Source: an uncultured Bacilli bacterium (lineage in GTDB: Bacteria; Bacillota_I; Bacilli_A; RF39; UBA660). From it: a stretch of DNA of 64,000 nt. Of this stretch, positions 19,433 through 28,955 are shown in pieces. Position 1 is the stretch's first letter. Each line of letters opens with the position of its first letter. The notes beneath the pieces are model-generated. The model made no database searches. It had not been told where the DNA came from and saw nothing but the letters and a program-made list of their open reading frames with translations. The stretch is from the NCBI GenBank assembly GCA_934096735.1, contig CAKOMS010000001.1, positions 29,948 to 93,947 on the forward strand. The letters run 5' to 3'. Both the position numbers and the translations under genes were made by a program.

Positions 19433-20952
19433 AAGAAAAATTTTATATAACAACTCCAATATATTATCCTAGTGCTGAATTTCATATTGGACATTGTTAT
19501 ACAACTATAATAGCAGATGCTATTGCAAGATATAAAAGACTTGCAGGATATGATGTTTATTTTCAAACTGGTACTGATGAACACGGATTGAAAATTGAGA
19601 CAAAAGCTAAAGAAAAAGGAGTAACTCCTAAAGAATATGTTGATGTTATAATTGATAATGCAAAAGATTTATGGAAAAGTTTAAATATTTCATATGACTT
19701 TTTTATAAGAACTACTGATGAATTTCATGTTCGTAGAGTTCAAAAAATATTTGAAAAGTTATATGAAAAAGGTGATATATATAAGGGAGAGTATAAAGGA
19801 TTATATTGTGTACCATGTGAATCATTTTGGACTGAAACACAAGCTGTAGATAATAAATGTCCTGATTGTGGTAGAGATGTTACAGTTGTTACAGAAGAAG
19901 CTTATTTCTTTAAATTAAGTAAATATCAAAAAAAATTGGAAGAATTTTATGAACAAAATCCTAATTTTATAAGTCCTGTATCTAGAAAGAACGAAATGTT
20001 AAATAATTTTATAAAACCTGGATTAGAAGATTTATGTGTGTCAAGAACTAGCTTTAAATGGGGAATACCTGTATCTTTTGATCCAAATCATGTTATTTAT
20101 GTTTGGATAGATGCTCTTAGTAATTATATTACTAGTTTAGGTTATCCAGAAGATGATAAAAAGTTAAAAAAATATTGGCCTGCTGATTTACATTTAGTTG
20201 GTAAGGAAATAGTAAGATTTCATACAATTATATGGCCTGCTCTTCTTATGGCTTTAGATTTACCACTTCCTAAGCAAGTTTTTGGACATGGTTGGTTAAT
20301 TATTGATGGCGGAAAAATAAGCAAGAGTTTAGGCAATTATAAAGATCCTAGAGAGTATATTAATTCATATGGAGTAGATGCTGTAAGATATTTTGCTTTA
20401 AGAGAAGTACCATTTGGTAGTGATGGTAATTTTAGTGAAAGTGCATTAATTACTAGAACAAATGGAGATCTTGCTAATATTTTAGGTAATTTAGTTAGTA
20501 GAACAATTCAAATGGGAATTAAATACTTTAATGGGGAAGTAGAAAATAAAAATGTTTCCGAAAAAATAGATGAAGATTTAATTAATAGTACATATAATTT
20601 GAAAGATCTTGTTGATGAGAAAATGAATGAATTTAAAATTAATGAAGCTTTAGAATTAATATTTGATGTACTTAGAAAATGTAACAAGTATATTGATGAT
20701 ACAACCCCATGGATTCTTGCAAAAGATGAAAATAATTTAGATAGACTTGAAACAGTTATTTATAATTTATTAGATAGTATTAGAGTTTGTGCAACACTTT
20801 TAGATGCATTTATTCCTGAGACTAGTGAAAAAATATTTGATGGATTAAAGATATCTAAACAAACATTTGATGATATTAATAAAAAAGTAAATAAATATAG
20901 TTTGGGATTAGTTAAACCTGATAACTTATTTGAACGTATTAAGGAGGATTAA
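19429..20952 (+). CDS. metG: Methionine--tRNA ligase (short form, no C-terminal tRNA-binding domain)
   Basis: HIGH-type motif (EFHIGH), KISKS (KISKSLGN), Zn knuckle CVPCE...CPDCG. Confidence 0.95.
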   Translation: MKEKFYITTPIYYPSAEFHIGHCYTTIIADAIARYKRLAGYDVYFQTGTDEHGLKIETKAKEKGVTPKEYVDVIIDNAKDLWKSLNISYDFFIRTTDEFHVRRVQKIFEKLYEKGDIYKGEYKGLYCVPCESFWTETQAVDNKCPDCGRDVTVVTEEAYFFKLSKYQKKLEEFYEQNPNFISPVSRKNEMLNNFIKPGLEDLCVSRTSFKWGIPVSFDPNHVIYVWIDALSNYITSLGYPEDDKKLKKYWPADLHLVGKEIVRFHTIIWPALLMALDLPLPKQVFGHGWLIIDGGKISKSLGNYKDPREYINSYGVDAVRYFALREVPFGSDGNFSESALITRTNGDLANILGNLVSRTIQMGIKYFNGEVENKNVSEKIDEDLINSTYNLKDLVDEKMNEFKINEALELIFDVLRKCNKYIDDTTPWILAKDENNLDRLETVIYNLLDSIRVCATLLDAFIPETSEKIFDGLKISKQTFDDINKKVNKYSLGLVKPDNLFERIKED

Positions 20953-21713
20953 TGTTTGTAGATTCTCATTGTCATTTGTTTAGTGAATATTATGATGATA
21001 TTAATGAAATAGTCGAAAATTCTAGTTCTAAAGGGATAAGTTATTTAATTAATAATGGATGTAATTCAAAGAGTAATAAAGAAATTATTGATTTAATAAG
21101 TAAATATAAAAATATGTATGGTGCAATTGGTATTCATCCAGAAGATGTTGATAATTATTCTTTAGACGATATTAATTTTATAGTTAATAATTTAAATAAT
21201 AAAAAAATTATTGCTATTGGTGAAATAGGATTAGATTATTATTATACAAAGGAAAATAAAGATAAACAAATTGAATTATTTGAAAGACAATTAGAAATTG
21301 CAGAACACAAAAATATTCCTGTAATAGTTCACTCTAGAGATGCTACTCAAGATACAATAAATATATTAAAGAAATATAAAGTAAAAGGTGTTATTCATTC
21401 ATTTAGTGGTTCAAAAGAAACTGCTAAAGAGTATATTAAAATGGGATTTTTGTTAGGTATAAATGGGGTTATAACTTTTAAAAATTGTAATATTAAAGAT
21501 GTATATAAAGAAATTGGTTTAAATAATGTTATATTTGAAACTGATTCTCCTTATCTTACACCAGTACCTTTTAGAGGTAAGAAAAATGATCCTAGCAAAA
21601 TAATTGATATAGTAGATTTTATTTCTAACGAGTTTAGTATACCTATTCAAGAGTTATCAAAAATTAGTAATAAAAATGTACAAGATGTGTTTGGAATTAA
21701 TGTTGAAAAGTAA
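20952..21713 (+). CDS. tatD: TatD-family metal-dependent DNase/hydrolase
   Basis: MFVDSHCHL, GEIGLDYY motifs. Confidence 0.9.
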   Translation: MFVDSHCHLFSEYYDDINEIVENSSSKGISYLINNGCNSKSNKEIIDLISKYKNMYGAIGIHPEDVDNYSLDDINFIVNNLNNKKIIAIGEIGLDYYYTKENKDKQIELFERQLEIAEHKNIPVIVHSRDATQDTINILKKYKVKGVIHSFSGSKETAKEYIKMGFLLGINGVITFKNCNIKDVYKEIGLNNVIFETDSPYLTPVPFRGKKNDPSKIIDIVDFISNEFSIPIQELSKISNKNVQDVFGINVEK

Positions 21714-21732
21714 TATGTTTTCAACATTTTTT
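21701..21732 (+). terminator. Rho-independent terminator after tatD (tgttgaaaa/ttttcaaca stem plus T6)
   Basis: Hairpin spanning the stop codon followed by a T-run. Confidence 0.65.
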
Positions 21733-21741
21733 GAGCAAATT

Positions 21742-21770
21742 TTGACAAATAAATATATGTTATGTATAAT
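21742..21770 (+). promoter_or_regulatory. Consensus sigma-A promoter (TTGACA-17-TATAAT)
   Basis: Perfect hexamers: TTGACA 21742-21747, TATAAT 21765-21770. Confidence 0.7.
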
Positions 21771-21794
21771 TTAATTGTAGAAAGTGATGATTAA

Positions 21795-22337
21795 ATGAAA
21801 AGTATGATTAATAAATTAAGTAAAAGTATTATAATTTTATTTATTGTTGTTATTTCTACTAGTTATGTTTATGTAATAGAAACTAAAAGTCAAAGTGATA
21901 ATATTAATAAAACTGTTAATCTTTCTACAATGGCATTAAAAGTAGAAGAGTTTGAAAAAAATAATATATATAGAGCAAAAGATACTTTTACTGGAGATTT
22001 AACTGGATATGTTTTTAATTGTCCTTTATGTTCTGGAAGACTTGCTTGTAAATCTAGTTATGATATAACTGATGGCAGAGATTATTATGATGATGAATTA
22101 TACGGAAGAGTAAAAATAGTAGCATCTTCTAGTAATTTACCATGTGGTTCAATTATTAGATTTAATTCTTCAAGAGTGAGTTCAGATCCAGTAGTTGCAA
22201 TTGTATTAGATCGTGGTGTAAGAGGAAATTCTTTAGACTTATTAACTACAAGTTTAAATTCTGCTTATACTTTAGGTAGAAGTGTTATTTCTTATGATGT
22301 TTTAAGAAAAGGGTGGAGTTTTTCTAATGAAAGCTAA
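21795..22337 (+). CDS. 3D-domain protein (YabE-like, MltA/Rpf-type barrel) with N-terminal TM segment
   Basis: C-terminal 3D-domain motifs (RVKIVASSSNLPCGSIIRF...VAIVLDRG); same position as yabE between tatD and rsmA in Bacillus. Confidence 0.65.
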   Translation: MKSMINKLSKSIIILFIVVISTSYVYVIETKSQSDNINKTVNLSTMALKVEEFEKNNIYRAKDTFTGDLTGYVFNCPLCSGRLACKSSYDITDGRDYYDDELYGRVKIVASSSNLPCGSIIRFNSSRVSSDPVVAIVLDRGVRGNSLDLLTTSLNSAYTLGRSVISYDVLRKGWSFSNES

Positions 22338-23112
22338 AAAAAGTTTAGGGCAAAATTTTTTAATAGATTATAATATAATTGATAAAATATGTGATTGTAT
22401 AAATGCTAAGGAAAATGATTTAATAGTTGAAATTGGACCTGGTATGGGAGCCCTTACTAAAAAGTTAAGAGAAAAAAAATGTATGCTAATTTGTTATGAA
22501 ATAGATGAAGATATGCATAAATATTTAGATAAATATGTAGATAGTTATACTAAAATTATTTTTAAAGATATATTATTATCAGATGTTTTAGAAGACATAA
22601 AGGATATTAAATATAATAGATTATATGTTGTAGGAAATTTACCTTATTATATAACAACACCAATAATTAAAAGACTAATTACTTTAAATTTAAATGCAAG
22701 TGAAATGATTTTTATGGTACAAGATGAAGTTGCTGATAGATTTACTGCTCATTGTAGGTCTAAAGAATATGGTAGTATAACATTATATTTAAAATATTAT
22801 TTTGATGTAGAAAAGTTATTTAATGTTAGTAAAAAATGTTTTAATCCAGTACCTAAAGTTGAAAGTGCAATTATAAAATTTACTAAAAGAAAAGATAAAT
22901 TAGATGTTTTAGAAGAAAGTTATTTTAAATTAATTAATGATGCTTTTAGAATGAAAAGAAAAAATATTAAAAATAATTTAATAAATTACGATTTAGATAT
23001 AGTAAAAAGTGTACTAAATAAATATGGATATGATTTAAGTAGTAGAGCAGAAGAATTACCTGAAGAAGTTTTTATAGAGTTATGTAATGAACTTAGTAAA
23101 AAAAATCATTAA
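22327..23112 (+). CDS. rsmA: 16S rRNA (adenine1518/1519-N6)-dimethyltransferase RsmA/KsgA
   Basis: SLGQNFL N-terminus, EIGPGMGALT SAM motif. Confidence 0.93.
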   Translation: MKAKKSLGQNFLIDYNIIDKICDCINAKENDLIVEIGPGMGALTKKLREKKCMLICYEIDEDMHKYLDKYVDSYTKIIFKDILLSDVLEDIKDIKYNRLYVVGNLPYYITTPIIKRLITLNLNASEMIFMVQDEVADRFTAHCRSKEYGSITLYLKYYFDVEKLFNVSKKCFNPVPKVESAIIKFTKRKDKLDVLEESYFKLINDAFRMKRKNIKNNLINYDLDIVKSVLNKYGYDLSSRAEELPEEVFIELCNELSKKNH

Positions 23113-23194
23113 AATACATGATAGTTATAATCTTGTATTTTTTTGTTTTTCTTCTATTTTTATAGAAATAACATATAATTTAATGGTGATTTGA

Positions 23195-23971
23195 ATGGAT
23201 TTTAAAGTAGGAGATTATGTAACTAGGAAAAGTTATAATAATGATACTGTATTTAAAATAATTAATATTGTTTCTGATATTGCTTATTTAAAAGGTACTG
23301 AAGTTAGATTATATGCAGATAGTGATTTAAGTGATTTAATAAAGTGTGAAGTGCCTAGAGAAGATAAATTTTTTGAAGATGAAGTTAGAGGAAATAAAAT
23401 AACTGAAAAAGATGATTATTTTTACTTACCTGGTAAAATATTACATATTGATGGCGATGAAGAGTATTTAGAAAAGTGTTTAAAATTTTATAAAAGTTCT
23501 GGTGTTTATGCAATTGGCAAAAAAATAAAAGAAGAAAATATGTATGAACAAATACCACTTCTTTTAAAAGAGTATAAACCTGATATTATTATTATTACTG
23601 GACATGATGCATATTATAAGAAAAAAGGAAGTATAAAAGATATTAATAACTATAAAAATACTAAGTTTTTTATTAAAGCAATTAAGTCTGCTAGAAGTTA
23701 TGAAAAAAGTCATGAGAAGTTAGTTATTATAGCAGGTGCTTGTCAAAGTAATTATGAAGAACTTATTAAAGCTGGGGCTAATTATGCAAGTAGTCCTAAA
23801 AGGGTTAACATTCATGCTCTTGATCCTGCAATAATTGCTGTTACTGTTGCACTTACAGAAAGAAGTAAAGCAATTGATTTAAAAGGATTGTTAGAACTTA
23901 CAAAGTATGGTAAGGATGGTATGGGTGGCATAATGGGTAATGGTATTATGTATGTGGGGTATCCTAGATGA
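23195..23971 (+). CDS. yabG: Sporulation-specific protease YabG (peptidase U57)
   Basis: Conserved YabG core (IIIITGHDAY, IIAGACQSN); rsmA-yabG-veg synteny. Confidence 0.8.
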   Translation: MDFKVGDYVTRKSYNNDTVFKIINIVSDIAYLKGTEVRLYADSDLSDLIKCEVPREDKFFEDEVRGNKITEKDDYFYLPGKILHIDGDEEYLEKCLKFYKSSGVYAIGKKIKEENMYEQIPLLLKEYKPDIIIITGHDAYYKKKGSIKDINNYKNTKFFIKAIKSARSYEKSHEKLVIIAGACQSNYEELIKAGANYASSPKRVNIHALDPAIIAVTVALTERSKAIDLKGLLELTKYGKDGMGGIMGNGIMYVGYPR

Positions 23972-24180
23972 ATATAGATTTAATAAGAGAAAAAATTGAA
24001 TCAAATATTAATAAAAGAGTAATAGTTACACATTATGGACTTAGAAATAAAATTAATAGATATGAAGGGGTTTTATATAAAACGTATCCAAATATATTTT
24101 CAATAATAAGTGATGGAGTAGAAAAAAGTTTTTCTTATAATGATTATATTACAGGAGATATAAAAATAAAATTTTTTTAA
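23968..24180 (+). CDS. veg: Veg protein (biofilm/sporulation-associated small protein)
   Basis: 70 aa; similar to B. subtilis Veg (ILETYPNIFSI...SFSY...I). Confidence 0.75.
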   Translation: MNIDLIREKIESNINKRVIVTHYGLRNKINRYEGVLYKTYPNIFSIISDGVEKSFSYNDYITGDIKIKFF

Positions 24181-24252
24181 AATTTATTGAATAAATTAGT
24201 AATATATTATAAAATGGTGTTAAGTTGTGATAAACATGATAGGAGTGATAAT

Positions 24253-24516
24253 ATGGAAATTACAGAAGTTAGAATTCACAAAGCAAATGGGGATGGTTCA
24301 AAGTTAAAAGCTTATGCAACAGTAACTATCGATGATTGTTTTTTAATAAGCAACATTAGAATTATACAAGGAGAGAATAGATTATTTTGTGCTATGCCAA
24401 GTCGTAGACTTGCTGATGGACGTTTTGATGATATAGTTCATCCAATGAATCAAGAAACTAGAGATTTATTTGAGTCAAAAATTTTAGATAAATATAAAAA
24501 AGAAATTGCTGAATAA
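24253..24516 (+). CDS. spoVG: Septation/sporulation regulator SpoVG
   Basis: MEITEVRIHKANGDGSKLKAYATVTIDDCFLISNIRIIQGENRLFCAMPSRR matches SpoVG; ATG 24253 with RBS aggag (ORF track starts upstream at 24187). Confidence 0.9.
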   Translation: MEITEVRIHKANGDGSKLKAYATVTIDDCFLISNIRIIQGENRLFCAMPSRRLADGRFDDIVHPMNQETRDLFESKILDKYKKEIAE

Positions 24517-24611
24517 TTGTTAATTATTAGATTATTTAGAACTGCTAGATTTTACTAGTGGTTTTTTTGTTATATTAAATATGTTATTACATATAATTTA
24601 ATGGAGGAATT

Positions 24612-24902
24612 ATGGAAAGTAATAATGATATTAAAACTTATGGAAGTCATGAAGTAAAATTAGTTGATAGAAATATTTTAAACATGAATGGGATAAATAA
24701 GATTATTTCATTTGATGAAGAAGAATTTTTGATGGAAAGTGTTATGGGGAGTATTGTGCTTAAAGGGGAAGGATTAGAACTTATAAAACTTGATAATCAT
24801 GATGGTAGTATTAAAATAAAGGGAAAGATTAATAGTATTGCTTATGTTGTAGATAATAAAATTAAAGATAAAGAATCATTTATACAAAAGTTATTTAAAT
24901 AA
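24612..24902 (+). CDS. yabP: Sporulation protein YabP
   Basis: 96 aa; YabP family (HEVKLVDRNILNMNGINKIISFDEEEF...); followed by yabQ and divIC as in Bacillus/Clostridia. Confidence 0.8.
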   Translation: MESNNDIKTYGSHEVKLVDRNILNMNGINKIISFDEEEFLMESVMGSIVLKGEGLELIKLDNHDGSIKIKGKINSIAYVVDNKIKDKESFIQKLFK

Positions 24903-25204
24903 TGAATAGTGTTAATCAAATCATTTCCTTTATTGTTTCATTTTTGTATGGTTTTATATTTTTTTTGTTAACGAAGGTTAATTTTTATTTAATAGAGCAA
25001 TTAAAGAACATAATAAAAAATATTATTACAGTTGTTTTTGTTTTAGATATGATTTTTTTGTATATATTAATTTTATATAAAATTAATGGTGGATACTTTC
25101 ATATTTATTTTATTGTTACAGTGGTGTTTGGTTATATAATATCTTTTGGTTTTTATAAAAAGTTTTTTAGTAAAATTAATGTAAAACATATTTTTAAACA
25201 TTGA
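24902..25204 (+). CDS. yabQ: Spore cortex biosynthesis protein YabQ-like (3-TM small membrane protein)
   Basis: Position directly after yabP, overlapping stop/start; hydrophobic 100 aa. Confidence 0.5.
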   Translation: MNSVNQIISFIVSFLYGFIFFLLTKVNFYLIEQLKNIIKNIITVVFVLDMIFLYILILYKINGGYFHIYFIVTVVFGYIISFGFYKKFFSKINVKHIFKH

Positions 25205-25254
25205 TTTATTAAATGTTTTGTGATATCTCTTTTATAAGAATGGAATGTTGAAAG

Positions 25255-25557
25255 ATGGCTAAAAAGACTAGTAGAAAAGAAAAAAAGAGATTAGTAATTA
25301 TTAGTTTTGCAATAATTTTATTGCTTATTGTTTTAGTTGGTAGTGTTTATAGTGATTGGAAAGAAATATTAAAAAATAGAAAAAATGAAATTGAACTTAA
25401 AAATAAGTATGAAGAGTTACTTGATAATGAAAAAAAGTTATCCGCTGAGATAACTAAATTAGAAGATGATTCTTATTTGGCAAGGTATGCAAAAGAGAAA
25501 TTTATGCTTAGTAATGAAGGAGATACAATTATAATGATGGACGATAAAGATAAGTAA
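25255..25557 (+). CDS. Septum formation initiator (FtsB/DivIC family)
   Basis: N-terminal TM plus coiled coil; synteny yabP-yabQ-divIC. Confidence 0.6.
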   Translation: MAKKTSRKEKKRLVIISFAIILLLIVLVGSVYSDWKEILKNRKNEIELKNKYEELLDNEKKLSAEITKLEDDSYLARYAKEKFMLSNEGDTIIMMDDKDK

Positions 25558-25568
25558 TTGTCCATTTT

Positions 25569-26144
25569 TTATTTTTCAATTATTTTATCAATTAATCCAT
25601 ATTTTAATGCTTCTTCAGGATCCATAAAATTATCTCTTTCGGTATCATTTTCAACGGTTTTTAAATCTTTATTTGTGACATTTGCAAGTATTTTATTAAG
25701 TTTATTTTTTGTTTTAATAATTCTATCTGCTGCTATTTTTATATCTGTTGCTTGCCCTCCTGCTCCTCCAAGTGGTTGATGAATCATTATTTCGGAATTT
25801 GGTAAGCTATATCTTTTACCTTTAGTACCATTTGCAAGTAAAAATGCTCCCATTGATGCACATTCTCCTATACATATAGTTATAACGTCACTTTTAATAT
25901 AATTCATGGTATCATATATGGCCATTCCACTTGTAATTGATCCACCAGGAGAATTGATATATAAATATATATCTTTTTTATTTAAACTGTCTAAATAAAG
26001 AAGTTCGGACACTACAATTGATGATAATGCATCATTTATTTCTCCAGTAATAAACACTATTCTGTCATTTAAAAGTCTTGAGTATAAATCATATGCATAT
26101 TCTTTATTACTACTTTTTTCTACTACTGTTGGAATTATATTCAT
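25569..26144 (-). CDS. clpP: ATP-dependent Clp protease proteolytic subunit
   Basis: Catalytic triad context GECASMGAF (Ser), IMIHQPLGG (His); 191 aa. Confidence 0.95.
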   Translation of the reverse strand: MNIIPTVVEKSSNKEYAYDLYSRLLNDRIVFITGEINDALSSIVVSELLYLDSLNKKDIYLYINSPGGSITSGMAIYDTMNYIKSDVITICIGECASMGAFLLANGTKGKRYSLPNSEIMIHQPLGGAGGQATDIKIAADRIIKTKNKLNKILANVTNKDLKTVENDTERDNFMDPEEALKYGLIDKIIEK

Positions 26145-26245
26145 TTTCTCACCTATAATTATAATATATAAAATAGTAAGTTTTTATTCAAAAATTTTTT
26201 TATTTATGTTAGAATTAGTTTATAAAGATAGTAAAGGGGTCTTTT

Positions 26246-27889
26246 ATGGAAAAAGTTGTTATTGAACTCGATACTGGTTCTAAGAAAGAATTTAATAAGA
26301 ATACTACTTACTATGATATTAGTAAGGGGTTTAATATGGATAATATTTTAGGGGTTAAAATTAATAATGAATTTCATGAACTTTCAGAAAGATCAAATAA
26401 AGATGAAAAAATTACTTTTGTTGATATTAATGACTTAACAGGTTATAAAGTATATAAGAGTGGACTTATGTTTATATTTGAAGTTGCTTTAAAGGAAGTA
26501 TTTCCTGAATGTAATATTCTTTATCAACATAGTGTACCGAAAGGTTTTTTAGGAGAAATTGTTGGAGATAAGATTCTTACTCAAGATGATTTATCCAAAG
26601 TAAAAGAAAGAGTAGCTAAAATAGTAAATGAAAATAAATGTTTTAAGAAGTTAAATATTAAGAAGAAAGAAGCAATTGCATTTTATTTAAAAAACGGAGA
26701 AATAGAGAAAGCTAATAATATACAAAATATTAGTGATAAAGTTGTAACTTTATATGAACTAAATGGTAGATATAATTATTTTTATAGTGATATGCCTTAT
26801 AGTACTGGTTTTATTTCTAAGTATGATATTGTTTATTTAGGCAGAAATAGATTAGTTTTTGTAATACCTAGTAAGGAAAGTAATGGAATGCTTCCTGAGT
26901 ATGTACATTATGATAATATAATTAATTCATTTTTAGTAGGTAAAGATTGGTTAGAAACATTAAATATGAATTATGTAACTAGTTTAAATAAAACTATTGC
27001 TAATGGAAAAATACAGGATTTTATTAAGTCTTGTGAACTAGTATTTAATTTGAATATTTCTAAAGTAGTAGAAAAAGTTACTAATAATAGAAATATAAAA
27101 TTTATTTTAATAGCAGGTCCTTCTTCTAGTGGCAAAACTACTTCTACTAAAAGATTATCGTCATATTTGTTAGCATATGGGTTTGATCCTGTAAAACTAT
27201 CTTTAGATGATTTTTTCTTAGATAGAGAAGATTGTCCTAAAGATGAAAATGGTAATTATGATTTTGAATGTTTAACTGCTATAGATTTAGATTTATTTAA
27301 TAATACTTTAGAAAAGTTACTAAATAAGGAAGAGGTAAGTATACCTACATTTAATTTTGTAAGTGGTAAAAAAGAATATGATAATAAGAAAATAAAATTA
27401 AAGGATAATAGTATTATACTTATTGAAGGTCTTCATGCATTAAATGATGAGTTACTTCCTAGTATAGATAATAAATTTAAGTACAAAATATATTTAAGTC
27501 CTTTTATTCCATTAAATATTGATAAACAAAATTATATATCTACTATTGATCTTAGATTGATTAGAAGAATTGTTAGGGATAATAGAACTAGAGGTTATAA
27601 AGTAAATACTACAATACATAATTGGCAAAGTGTTAGAAATGGTGAAGAAAAGTATATATTTCCTTATATACATCAAGCAGATACTATTATTAATACAGCT
27701 TTACCATATGAAATTGGAGTAGAAAAAATATATGCTGAACCACTACTTAGAAGCATTAGTGTAGAAAGTGTATATTACGAAGAAGCTAGAAGATTATTAA
27801 ATTTTTTAAAAATGTTTTTTCCTATTCCAAGTGAATATGTTAATATGGACTCAATTATTAGAGAATTTATAGGAGGTAATGATGATTAG
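26246..27889 (+). CDS. TGS-domain/uridine kinase-family fusion protein (nucleoside kinase)
   Basis: N-terminal ThrRS-like TGS domain; C-terminal PRK/Udk P-loop IAGPSSSGKTTSTKRL. Confidence 0.65.
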   Translation: MEKVVIELDTGSKKEFNKNTTYYDISKGFNMDNILGVKINNEFHELSERSNKDEKITFVDINDLTGYKVYKSGLMFIFEVALKEVFPECNILYQHSVPKGFLGEIVGDKILTQDDLSKVKERVAKIVNENKCFKKLNIKKKEAIAFYLKNGEIEKANNIQNISDKVVTLYELNGRYNYFYSDMPYSTGFISKYDIVYLGRNRLVFVIPSKESNGMLPEYVHYDNIINSFLVGKDWLETLNMNYVTSLNKTIANGKIQDFIKSCELVFNLNISKVVEKVTNNRNIKFILIAGPSSSGKTTSTKRLSSYLLAYGFDPVKLSLDDFFLDREDCPKDENGNYDFECLTAIDLDLFNNTLEKLLNKEEVSIPTFNFVSGKKEYDNKKIKLKDNSIILIEGLHALNDELLPSIDNKFKYKIYLSPFIPLNIDKQNYISTIDLRLIRRIVRDNRTRGYKVNTTIHNWQSVRNGEEKYIFPYIHQADTIINTALPYEIGVEKIYAEPLLRSISVESVYYEEARRLLNFLKMFFPIPSEYVNMDSIIREFIGGNDD

Positions 27890-28886
27890 AGTTGCAATAA
27901 ATGGTTTTGGTAGAATTGGCAGAATAGCGTTTAGAGAAATCGTGACTAGTAGTGATTTTGATATTATTGCTATTAATGATTTATCTAATGCTGAAGAGTT
28001 GGCACATTTAGTTAAATATGATACTGTTCATAGAAGTTTTCATGAAGAAGATATTACTAGTGAAGGTGATGAAATAGTCATATTAGGTAAAAAGAGAGTT
28101 AAAGTATATGCAGAAAAAGATCCGGCTAATTTACCATGGAGAGATTTAAATATTGATTTGGTACTTGAGTGCACGGGTGCATTTACTAATGTTGAAGATG
28201 CTAGAAAACATATAGTAGCTGGTGCTAAGAAGGTTTTAATAAGTGCTCCAGGTAAGGGTAATCTTAAGACTGTTGTATATGGTGTTAATGAAAATATTTT
28301 AGATGGAACTGAAGATGTGGTATCTGCATCAAGTTGTACTACTAACTGTCTTGCTCCAGTACTTAAAGTATTGAATGATAATTTTATTATTAAAAAGGGA
28401 TTTATGAGTACTATTCATGCTTTTACTAATGATCAAGTTACATTAGATATTACACATAAAAAGGGAATTAAAGCGAGAAGAGGAAGAAGTGCTAGTCAAA
28501 ATATCATTCCTGCAAGTACAGGAGCGGCAAAATCAATTGGTTTGGTTATTCCTGAATTAAATGGAAAAATTGATGGATCTAGTTATAGAGTACCTGTAGC
28601 AGATGGTTCTTTAATTGATGTTACACTTGAATTTGAAAAAGATCCAAGTATTGAAGATATAAATAATACTTTTACATCTAATCAAAGTGATGCTATCAAA
28701 ATAACTATGGATCCTATTGTATCAAGTGATATTATTGGTAAAAGGTATGGTGCTTTAGTTGATGGGCTTCTTACTAATAAAGTTACTACTGATACTGGTA
28801 ATTTATATAAAGTAGTAGCTTGGTATGACAATGAGCTTGGTTATACTGTTCAAATGTTAAGAGTAGCTAAATGTATGTTTAAATAA
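27879..28886 (+). CDS. gap: Glyceraldehyde-3-phosphate dehydrogenase
   Basis: NGFGRIGR NAD motif, active site SCTTNCLAP. Confidence 0.95.
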   Translation: MMIRVAINGFGRIGRIAFREIVTSSDFDIIAINDLSNAEELAHLVKYDTVHRSFHEEDITSEGDEIVILGKKRVKVYAEKDPANLPWRDLNIDLVLECTGAFTNVEDARKHIVAGAKKVLISAPGKGNLKTVVYGVNENILDGTEDVVSASSCTTNCLAPVLKVLNDNFIIKKGFMSTIHAFTNDQVTLDITHKKGIKARRGRSASQNIIPASTGAAKSIGLVIPELNGKIDGSSYRVPVADGSLIDVTLEFEKDPSIEDINNTFTSNQSDAIKITMDPIVSSDIIGKRYGALVDGLLTNKVTTDTGNLYKVVAWYDNELGYTVQMLRVAKCMFK

Positions 28887-28888
28887 TT

Positions 28889-28912
28889 GTTAACTATATG
28901 TTAACTTTTTTT
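28889..28912 (+). terminator. Rho-independent terminator after gap (GTTAAC-tatat-GTTAAC plus T-run)
   Basis: 6-bp stem plus T7. Confidence 0.5.
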
Positions 28913-28955
28913 CTTTTTTGTGTAAAAAAAATATATTATGATAAAATTATATTAG

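Noticed and set aside
23113-23194. Sigma-K type promoter (AC...CATAnnnTA) upstream of yabG
   Set aside because: CATATAATT does not fit the CATA---TA spacing; could not support it from sequence alone.
25558-25779. ORF 25558..25779 (+), 73 aa
   Set aside because: Lies entirely antisense within the well-conserved clpP gene; low-complexity translation; spurious.
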